DNA of 64,000 nucleotides. Source: Antedon mediterranea (lineage: Eukaryota; Animalia; Echinodermata). Under the pieces are notes generated by a model. The model made no database searches, was not told the origin of the DNA, and was given only the letters and a program-made list of their open reading frames with translations. A program made the translations under genes and the position numbers. The stretch spans positions 8,985,812 to 9,049,811 of the forward strand of contig NC_092675.1 of assembly GCF_964355755.1 (NCBI RefSeq). Reading direction: 5' to 3'. This document shows positions 37,747 to 49,700 of this stretch, one piece after another (the stretch's first letter is position 1; each line of letters opens with the position of its first letter).

Positions 37747-40700
37747 CTATAAAGAGAAAAACAAATATGCATATAAATGTATTGATAGCAATATACATTC
37801 AAATATTAGTATTACAGTTACTTTATTGTTACTGAATGTTGCAAAAAGCCTTAAAGAAATATTTATATGTATCATCACAAACCAAATATTTTCTTTTACC
37901 AAACATTATTAGAAATGAATCACCATTGCAATAACCAAATTACTGTTATAGTCACAGACCAACAAAGTATGATTATAGCACTAGGGCATTACATACTATA
38001 TAGTGCATTACAGGCTGAGGTGGCAGGGATGGTTACTGTAAGTCAAATTGTTCATTAATTTTAAAAAAACATGGCCCTGCATTTTCAAGATAAGTAGCGT
38101 AGCCATAGACACCATAGTGGCTGCATGGACAATGAAAATCATGTAATTTCATTGTGAAAAACCATCTGGGTACTCTATAAAAATGAATAACTGTATACAT
38201 TATTTACATATTATAATATTATTATATCTTAAATTTGTAGACATATTGTATGTCAGGTGGAAATGCACCACAACAATACTCAATTGATAACTTAATACTA
38301 CCAAGACTATTCTCACAAATTAGTTTCCATATTCCATCAATCCTCCTCCGCATCAATTTTTAGAAATCATTAAATAGAAAATTCACAGATTTTATCTGCT
38401 ACATTTCAAGATTAAATCAATCATTCATATTTCCATATTATACACAATTAATTGAACAAACTTTTTGAAAGTATGACCACAATCTGATGACTACGATCCG
38501 TAAACAAATACATAAAAATAAAAACCAACCTCGTAGTGTAATAATCCAAAGTAGGCCAACAAATATGTGTGTGTATGTATTTTTTTTGGGGTCAGATTTA
38601 TAATAAAATAATTGGTTCAAAACTTGCTTGTACAAAAATATTTATTTTCAATATGCATACAAAATTTTCCTAACACTCTTACTGCAACGTAAAGAAACAA
38701 ACACCTACAATTATTTTTATTTAGTACTGCACCAGGAACACATATTTAAAATATTTATTATATACTTTACTTAATGTGGGTTAGATTGGGAAAAATTCAC
38801 TACATATTAAGTATTAATTAATAATCTTTAAATTAATTTTATAAAAAGTTGACCCTTATCAAATAATTAAGATCAGAATGATTACAACTTAGTTATAGTT
38901 ATGCAAATATAACTATTGAGTAATTCCTTCAAAATACCCCCACCTTTCAAAAACAAATCTGCTATATATTCAATCCTGTTTTTGACTTTTTACTTCTATG
39001 AAACAAAAACTTTGACAAAGAAATACAAAATTAAGAAATGCGCTGTACGGCAAAGAAAACTCTGAGGCACATATCCATCGTTGCTCAAGCATTTATTAAA
39101 CAAATGAGTTTCATTATACGGCAACACAACCAAAGTATTCTTATCACAATTTCGGTTGCCGACTCTAGCCAGAAGTGGGTCCAGTTGGGTTCCATACAGA
39201 ATCAAAGAATATTCCAGAAGAGAACCTAGTGATAAGATAAGGAAAACAACAAAGCTGGCTAACAAAAACACCGATTTCCATCAAATACATTCATGGTTAA
39301 GATATATTTGACGTGGCAATATATGTACGGTCAGGCATCCAGCACAATCATGTTAGTCAAATTGGCAGTGAGTAGTAAGCACATAGCAGCAATGTAAAAG
39401 ACTTCTTACACTCACCTGAATTAGCTTTATCTCCAACATTCTTAACCTCTAATGTCCAGATTCCACGTGGATCCTCTCCCCAGTTATGTGTTGTCATAAA
39501 GTCCCAGTTATTAAATCCTTTATTCGAATAGTCTTTATTTCGTTTTGTTAAAATATTTGATTTTGTTCCCATAGGAGAGGTTAAGAAAATAACAAGATCT
39601 CCTCGGTGATTGAAATTGAGAGATATTCTAGCTTGTACATGTTCCAAGTAAATAATTGAATTGTCTGCATTTGCACAAGCTGTAGTATTATAATGTATAA
39701 GTAATGACCCTGTCGACGGAATTGTTCTGAAAAAAATCCACATGCATCCAATTAAATAAAAATAATTAAATCAAGATCCGATACTCTATAAAAAAAACCC
39801 GAGATTTATATGTAGGTTCGGATGGGATACTTCTTGTTATAGACCAAACAGCCAATTTTATCATTTTCATTGTAATTCTAGTAGGTTGATGTTTTATAGC
39901 GTTAAACAGGCCTCTTATTACTTGCTGTTTAAATTTAGACTATAATTCTATTTCACCTAGTTTTTAAATGCTACCTGCTTTTTAATAAATAAACCATCTG
40001 ACAATGTAACTATAATTAAAAAGCTGCTTATTGAAAATGTTAATGTATTAACACATATATATTAAGATATTGCTACCTTGAATTTGTTAGCACTGCATCT
40101 GTGCATACATGTTGCTCAGGAACGATGTTCCATTGTTCAGCCATAGTTACCATTGCCCCAGCATTCATCAACCCAAAACCATAGGCATGACTCACTAAAT
40201 CAGAATATGGTATATAAAATATGCATACAGGTGCTTTCATTATTATTTATTCATAAAAATAAACATATGTATTTACAGTATGAATAAGAGAAATTATGAA
40301 ATGGGGAGGACTAGGCCAATACTAGATTAACTGAAACAACTAGGTTAATTTTGTTTTCACAATTCCACTTCTTTAGTTTCTACCATTACTTATAATTTAA
40401 GTACTTTTTTGGTCATTATTAATGCCTATTGGTCTCGACAAATTTGAATAAGTGGTACTATAAGATTGTTGCCACTAGGATAATCACAATCGGCTTGAGA
40501 TTTTTGTTTGATTGCACAAAAATTTGTAAAAGCTGAATGCGCATTAGAACTATTATCACCATTAGATATCACTTTTCCATTAGATAGAACTAATACCAAA
40601 CAGCACTTGATGCGCAACCAATCAAATGGAAAGGACACACTTCAGGTGTATTCACTTTGTTTACAGCAGCAGTTTTTAATTTAAAGGATAAACAAATATG

Positions 40701-43700
40701 AAGTACCAAACAACAGTGGAAATAAAATAATTCTCTGAGTGAACTGAACTTTTATTGTATCTCTTTTAAATCGAGTCGGGTTGGTGAACATCAGTCCAAA
40801 ATACGCAGAATTTTTTCCAAAATACGTCAAGTTGAGGGTGCTATACTAATCCAAAATACGCGAGTCTTTCCAAAATACGTCGACTTGAGGGCGCTATTCA
40901 TTTTCCAAAATACGCGAATTGTCCAAAATACGTCAAGTTGAGGGCGCTATAAATTATCCCAAATACATGAATTGTCCAAAATACGTCAAATTGAGGGCGC
41001 TATTTATTTCCAAAATACGCGATTTGTCCAAAATACGCGATTTGTCCAAAATACGTCAATTTGCAATTTGTGACCGCTAGTAATTTTCCAAAATACGTCA
41101 ACTTGAGGGCGGCAAACTTTTTTCCAAAATACGAGAGCCTTTCCAAATGTATCATATTGAGAGTGTTAGGTAAAATTACAGTTTAATGTATTAAAAAAAA
41201 GTTTCTTGGAATAAAACAAACAAGTACATTTTAGTTATAAATGAAAGTGTTAGAAGGCAGCATTTTTTGTAAATAAAATGTCATAGAGTAGCCAATTATT
41301 ATTTTTCAATGTAATCATTTATTACTGAATAAAAACAAATATGTGCCAACATCAGTCAATAGACAGTGCCTATAATATACATTAATAATGTCTGAACGAT
41401 GTACGATTGCATTGCCAGACATAGCTAGTTTAAATGCGGCATAAACCGGCTACAAAACCAGCATGTACGTATATAGTATTTAAGTATAGTCATAGGTATG
41501 TGTTATATATTTGGTGATCTACAAAATCGATATTTTTCCCGAGCTCGACAGACAAACATCGCTTTCAATTTAATGTACAGTACTATGGTCTAATAAGTTA
41601 CCTAATCATAAATCTAACATAATAATTATTTCATATAATAATTAATATATAATAATAAAAAGCATATGGTATTGTGATTAAAATAATATCAATAATTAAT
41701 TGGTTAGAAGAAGTAAAGGAGTTATTTAAATTGCGTATTTTGGAAAATGAATAGCGCTCTCAAGTTGACGTATTTTGGAAAATTACAAGAGGTTCCAAAT
41801 TGACGTATTTTGGACAAATCGCGTATTTTGGAAAATGACTAGCGCCCTCAACTCGACGTATTTTGGACAATTCGCGTATTTTGAAAAATGAATAGCGCCC
41901 TCAAGTCGACGTATTTTGGAAAGACTCGCGTATTTTGGATTAGTATAGCGCCCTCAACTTGACGTATTTTGGAAAAAATTCTGCATATTTTGGACTGAAT
42001 TTCACCAACCCTATTGTTTAAATCAGAGGCACAGTCTCAATGAGATGTGCAACAAGTTTACAGTGAAAAAAATACACACACACTTATATATATACAACAA
42101 CAAAAAAAATTAGACATACTGTAAGAACAAATTACAAAAAGTTTGTAAACTGAGAAAGATTAAAAACTAAGAAATTATATATATCATTTCGTTTGTTCCA
42201 TGCCATGGTCAGAAATATTTTACAATGTTTGTCGAAAATATTACTTGATAATTTGTATTCATCATGGGTCAATTGAGATGGATTTCAAGGTCATCGAAGA
42301 GAAAGTGGTATTTAAGAGCTAGTAGTAAACAATTCCCAGAACATGAATAGATTATTGTTGTTTAGTTCATCTTTAAGGTTCATGAGTATTGGTTGTGTTG
42401 TAATTATTTCAAATGTTGATGTGGTCCGTCATCACCAATTACTTAATTTATAATACTGAATACTGAATACTGACTTTATTTGTCCATCATCATCATCATA
42501 AAATAACAACAGAAATTCTTCTTGAAGATTGACAATTATTAGTACAATAATAAATAGATATACAATATACACACACATAATTGCACAAAAAATATAAGTT
42601 ATGAAACACGGTGTAAAAATGACTAGGTATTAAAATTGAATAGGATAATGAAACTATTATAATTTGTTATTCTACGTACCTTGATACCCTGCCCCATTTG
42701 TAGTCCAGTCATTTTCAATCAAGCCTTCAGCTTGTGATGTCATTACAATGATATGCTGTAGATCTCTCCATGTCAGTTTAGAGCTAAAAAGTAAATAATG
42801 TGCAAAAACCCTTGTAGTGGACACAACGAGAATTACAAATAGGCACAGCCAGGAAAAACATTTGTTCACAAAGTCTATTGTGTGGTTGTAGGAAATACTG
42901 AATGGCGAGAATTTTTAAGAGATATTAGGCTGTACATGCTTATGCCTTTTCTAGGCCTAATGAGAAACAATCATGCATGTTTAGTTGTAAATAATAGAAA
43001 GCTTTCAATTTGTGACTATACCTATAGAAACAAGTTAGGTCATGCTAATAGACACGTTTCGCGCTCGCGAGGTCACGGTCAGTTTGACCTTTTAGTGGGT
43101 ATACAATGGTAAACAAACACAGCGAGAGGTATGTTAAAGCATGGGAGAACTGAGAGATGATCATCTTAAAAAGCAATCGTCAAAACTAGCCTTTTGATGG
43201 AATGGCATGGTAAGGATGTTATTTATTTTCTAAACTTATGTTTTATATTCACTGTAGAATTATTTGGGCATTTGGTTCGGAATCATCGACTTTATTTATG
43301 TATTGTCATTTTTGGTTTGACACATATATATTACAGTGCATTTAATACATGTTAACTGTTGATTTTATTTACAAATGTTGCGTAAATATATTAATTATTA
43401 TCTTTCATTCTTCTTCATGCTCCTATTGCATTTTCCATGTATTATGTGATGTTCTTCGGCGCTTAAACAGACACCCAAGCCTCCTAGGCCTAGTAGACGA
43501 AGTACCGCATCAGGCAACGCCACCGGGCGGGCGGAGAGCCTCGAGCACATCGTGGACGTACCTTTCCTTGAAAATTTCCAAGATTTTGCGCCACTATCCT
43601 TCGGAGCCGACGCAAACCACTCAGCAAGTGTTTGAAAATTAAAAACAGGAATATTATTCAGTGATTTTGTGTAGTTAAATTCACGATTTATCCAACATAT

Positions 43701-46700
43701 GCAACATTTATGATGCACTTTGCAACAAAAGCACTCGGCAGTCGCCATTTTGCTATGCTTCAACACGCACTAGGCGAGAGGTGTTTGGTTTGTTTACAAA
43801 TCTATACCCACTATTTCTGATTTGTCGCGAGCGCGAAACGTGTCTATTGTGCGTATGCAGGGAAGTTGAGCCATGCATTCTCACTCTATTCCTAGCCTCA
43901 ACACAGCAGATTTGGTGCAGGTAGGTCCTAGTTTGTCACACCTAATGATTTGTAGATCACTTACTTTGCTTCTAATGCCAGAGCACAAATAGCTGCCGCC
44001 AGAGGCGCAGAGGCTGATGTTCCACTGTGCTGCTCTGTGCATTTCTTATTCAAATCTGTTGTAATCTGTAATCAAGTTGAAAACCTATTTAGAGTTCAAC
44101 AGTCAACATTTTCAAAATCATAAAGGAGAAGGCATTGAAGGTAAATAATATGCTGAAAACTTTTAAATTATGAATAAGAAATAAACAAAAATGATAGGCC
44201 AGGTAGTAGAATGTATGAATAGTACATACAATAATTATTAAGGAACGTTACAACTGATTGCAACACTGAAGAACATAATGGGCAATGACTGTATCCACAA
44301 TAACTATTAAAGTATTTGCATTTACAAAATAAAATCAGTGTAGATACATACTACTTCTCTTTCTGCACCGCTTCCACTACTATAGGTTGTTGCTAGTGTG
44401 GATGCACATCTTTCTGAATACCAAGGCACTTGTCCTGATTCAGACACGCTGCTTATTGATAGAGTGTGCACTGTGTTCGTATAACCATCGCAGTTACAAC
44501 TATCTTGAAAACGCCCACCATTACCGGATGCCCATACAAAGATTGAACCAAGGCCATTTCTTCCCTAAAATGTAGGGTTTTTTTCAGAAAAAAAAATAAG
44601 GAGGTGAATGAATAGATTTTTGCATGTTTGGTAAATTATTTTTATTTTGCCTTTATTAGTATGAAAAAAACAGAAATTAGGGGACAGCCTGCATCCAACA
44701 AAAAATGTACCTTTTTAATACCATCTTCAAAGGCTTTCTTTGCAAGTGGTCCTGGGCCATCAACAGTTTTGCCATCGTCATCTGGTCCCCAACTTGAGCT
44801 ATAAATATCAACATGCTGAGGAGCGTGGCTTAAAGATTTTGCTTCGACTAGATCTGTCACATCACCATCTAGCATACGAACACCTGACCAAATAGGATAC
44901 ACATACATTTAAACAGGCCAGAAAATTAGTATTATTAACATAGTTACCAACACGGTCCAGCATTTCAAAGTGATTTTTAATGAATCACGCATTTTGACGA
45001 AACACATGCGTGACCACATATTTGTCACACATTTAGCAGAAGTATATGCATGATCATTTTTTATCACTATTGAGAGGAAAATGCATTCAAATTAATTAAA
45101 ACAGTTACGTGAGTATTCATTTTTTAGGTTAATAAACACCATCCATATAAAAAAAGCCTAATATCATTGATGAATTACAATTCATTTTTTCGTGGTCAAT
45201 CACCGCGATGAAGGATGACCGATAGCAGGCATGCGTTAGTCACGATCGCAATTACTAAATGTAAAATTATACGGTGGACTGACACGACACAGTGATATGC
45301 GATGTTGTGTGCACGCATTTATACAGTAAAATACCTCAATTACTCTTTAATTAATTTATCTAGATAATCAATTGTCTATTTTTACTCGGGGTACCCGAGT
45401 CTAGGACTTACTCATTTTCTCCTCCACCATCTGGACACTATTGAGTAAAAAGTGCGATTTTTAAAGTACTACTCCTCCATTATTAGTTGTAGTATTGAGC
45501 TGGGATTTGGCATGAATATACTACAGGGACATGTTCTCAAAGCTATAGAGCCGGATTTTTAATTTTTTGTTAATTAATTTGTTTAATTAAGAAGCCACAA
45601 TGTGTGACACACACCACAGCGTTATGTAGTTATATGGTTATATGCGGCTTCTTGGCGTAGTGGTTATCACGTTTGCTTAACACGCAGAAGGTACCTGGTT
45701 CGAGCCCGGACGAAACCTTTTTTTTTTAAACTTTATGGTGAAAAGTACTGTATACGCAATATGATAATTATACACAGTATATCTTATTTTTATTATTTTT
45801 TTAAATACTTATTTTGTGTAATCGGTAATTATCACTTTTACACATGTTTATTTTTCTTTGTGCTTATTACCATATTTATTTGTAATTTAAATGCATTAAA
45901 AAACATTCTGTAACCCACATTTTTAGTGTAAGTGGGTTTCGTAGTGTAGTGATTGTCAAGTCTGCTTAACACGCAGAAGGTTATCACGTTTACTTAAAAA
46001 CACGCAGAAGGTACCTGGTTCGAGCCCGGGCGAAACCTTTTTTTTTTAACTTTATGGTGAAAAGTAGTGTATAAGATAAGATAAGATAACTTTTATTGAT
46101 CCTCAAAAAGGAAATTCATTGCTCATCATAATAACAAAGAACACACAATAAAAACAAATATAGCATAAAACCATTCTTATAAAAAACATCTAAAAAATTA
46201 CAAGATAAAATTATCTTCTTGACTTCCTGTTGTACTAGATGATACCGGAGGGAATAAAGGATTTAGCAAATCGATTTGTTTTCACACTGAGGAGCCTCAA
46301 TCTACCACTTGGATTAAGTTGGTCTATGATTACTTTGTGGAGAGGATGAGAGGCATCCGACTCAATGCGTTCGAAATCTTTCTGGAGGTGTTCTAGGTGC
46401 ACATCGGTAAAGGAAGGCAGTTCCAGACCAATCATTTTACCCGACGGATGAAAGTTTCAAGGCGTCCTTTACGCAATATGATAATTATACACAGTATATC
46501 TTATTTTTATTATTTTTTTAAATATTTATTTTGTGTAATCGGTAAATACTCCTCCCTTTCGTTGTAGTATTGAGCTCGGATTTAGCATGAATATACTACA
46601 GAGACATGTCCTCAAAGCTATAGAGCCGGATTTTTTAATTTCATACCGGATGCAGCCATATCACGTCTCGAAGATGGTACCGTATAGCCGTTTTTGGTAG

Positions 46701-49700
46701 CGCGGTTATTGATGTGTATGTTACGTTACATCCGGTCTTATGACGTCATTACAGCTTCTTTCGCTGTACCCCGAGTATTGCACATTCGTGCTTGTTTTAA
46801 ATTATCCCTTTACTATATTTATATATATTATATATTTTTATCTTTATAGTATATTTCATTTAACATTCTTACTTGTATTTAATTTGTGGTAAACAAATAA
46901 AACAAACAAATCCAATTAATGTTGGGACATATCCATATAAATATGATTTGAAGATCACTGTGTTACCATGAAAAATGAATATACTGTAGCTGTATTTAGA
47001 CCTCACCTCCTATTGCTGCATTATATGCAGCCCCTACACTACACAAACCATTATTTGCAATGGCAGCCACCTCACCAGCACATCGTGTACCATGCCTACA
47101 AATAAAATTATGAAAAGGTAATAATTGAAAATCCAAATTTATTTTAAAGAGTTATGGGCAAATTATAGATTATTAATTCTGAATAATTTAATAATCCTAT
47201 TTTATTCAAATGTAAATATACATCATAAGGTGGTTACATATTATAGTAATATTAGTGAGCTTTCGCAATGGGACAGTAGACGATATTATTAATCTGTGCA
47301 TGCGTATAAGCCCAATATACTCCTTTCCATTCTTGTCGGACTGTCTTTGATCGATTTAATGTTCGGCCCGATGAATGATCCAATGAACTAAAACATCATA
47401 TTTTATGTATATTATATAGTATATGTAGACTACGAATTCTCTTTGTTTCTTCTTGATTCATAAACAAAATAAGGATGCTTGTATGCCTCTTTAAAAATTT
47501 TGATTAAATGTCATGCTAACAAGAATTAGTCTGACAAATGCAGAAACTTTTCAAACACGCCCATGAAGCATGCATGCTCTGTTAATTACCGTCCCCTTTG
47601 TTAACCGTCCTGATGCAAAAGCTCCCTATTACGACAAATACATAATATAAATAAAAGCAACTGATTTATCCAGATGAGTGCAAGAAAGAATACATTCATG
47701 CCAACCTGTTTAGATCATTTTTTGTTTTTCGTGGATCTGGAAAATTATCACCATCATTCAAATCCGTACTTGCTTTTGGATCCTTTGAAATGTGTGCAAA
47801 TTTAAAGGAAAGAATGAAATAAATACCCATCATGAAGTTTATCCCAAGACCTTAGCCTATCTAGCTATATAAAAAGTGCATAGAGGCACACCTTTGTGAG
47901 TTCCCTATTTTGCATGTGTAAGATCTTGTACATCATGACCTATACATACATATAGGTCCATGATCATACCATAGAACTGTGCTGTGGGTGTCTAAAAAAC
48001 TTGTATCTCAGATATCTTAATCTTCATAATATGAAAACTAATGGCCTAGCATTATTTTTTAATTGAATTGACACTTGGAAGAAAGATTGGAATGTTCCAT
48101 TCATCACCAAGCAATACACAACGTATATTAAATCTTTTATTAAATAGATAATAGCAAATTGTTGGAGACATTCTCATTTTCGAGATTTGTCGTGGACAGC
48201 TCTTGTCTCTCCTCAGTGCTCCCTTTTGTATGTTTCACTGAAAGGGATATATAAAATTAGTATCTTTTTTATTACTGTTTTATTAGGATGATAAAATCAG
48301 TACCGAAAGTATGAACCAACTTTATATACCATAGAGTAAAAATTTTAGAAGTACAAATTTTGCCCTTATTACGTAAATTCATATATAGAAACATCTGCAA
48401 CTAAAAAAATTGAATCTAGAAAACATATTAAGTAGTGTATATGTGAGATCCAAGTATTCTAAACACCTCAAGATTTGTTTAATGACATCAGTAGTGAAGC
48501 TAATGAAAGCAAATGATTACAAATGATTACAAAGACATTATTCTTGTTTTCATAAATTACTGTTTTTAGTTAATAATCTGCTGAAATTTGAAATTATACT
48601 TTATTGTGCTGTGTGCTGTAATGTTACTGTTAGTGCTTTGATAACCAATTACGTTGTACAGTATATTATTACCTTATCTTTATATTGAATTAATGTTATA
48701 AAACGTTAATAAAGAAACCCAAATAAAAAAGTGTATGAAATTGAAAAGTGTTGAATGATGTCCGACCTGTTTTCATTGGATGGATTGTAGCGAGGGGTTG
48801 GGTCCAAATCACCATCATTAACATCTTTGCTTGCTACTGGGTCCTATACACATAATAGAACACAAATAAACATCCAAATAAAACATGCAAACTTTTTAAG
48901 ATGTATTGTCCCCTGAAAATAACAAAGTATCATAATGAGCGCATAAATTATGCAAAAGCTCGGCCAGCAACAGTTTATCAGGCCTCGAATTTTACCGCGG
49001 CCACCGCGGCCAGTGCCGTCGGTGCCCTCCCAGTTGGCCTCAATGCCCTCGAAAATGAATAGCACCCACGGCCACTACTGGCCTGCCCTTTTTTTGCGTT
49101 GGCCGCGAGTGCCCTTCCCGAGTTTTACCACAATAAAAACAACTGAATTAGATAGAAAATAATGTCAAGAAGATTTGTTTACACGACTCGGACGAGACGC
49201 AAAACTATCGCCTGTCTTCGTTGCAAGGGGATTTCCCTAAACGCATTTATTAATACACAAACACTGAAACAGTAAACAAAACATCGAACATTTTGTAACC
49301 AAAACAATATCATCCCGGCCGCCGTGCGTGGTAAATCATGATATAGATAGTACATTAAAATACAGGGGTGTACACTTTTAATAATCAAGCTAATAACGTT
49401 CCTCGATCGGAGGTTACTGAAAGTATTAAAGTCGCACCACCCCACCTCAATAATCGAGCTAGCCGCCTTCGATTACACGCACTCCTAGCTAGCCTAGCCT
49501 ATCCTCCCGCCGCCGATCCGGTCGAACACACGCAATTCAATTCATTGGGAAAACAATTCTATTTGACGCACACGCACCCTCTGATAAGAAATTTCACACA
49601 CGACGTCCGTACGTCGTACGCGAAGGATCGGATCGTTGGAAAAACAATTCCTTTTGACGTACACGCACCCTCTGAAAAGAAAATACCATGTGCGTTCCTG

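Larger units (their letters stand above)
45379..46798 (+). mobile_element. Non-autonomous Helentron (HINE) carrying two tRNA-Val copies and a nested LINE fragment (about 46073-46469, minus strand)
   Basis: Sub-terminal inverted repeats TACTCGGGGTAC / GTACCCCGAGTA, 3' hairpin GCACATTCGTGC followed by TTGTT, and T-rich flanks. Confidence 0.75.

Noticed and set aside
40426-40638. Minus-strand 70-aa ORF in furin intron 10 as an extra exon
   Set aside because: No convertase similarity, and exons 10 and 11 join in frame without it.
43349-43766. ORFs inside the TIR element
   Set aside because: No recognisable transposase or other domain.
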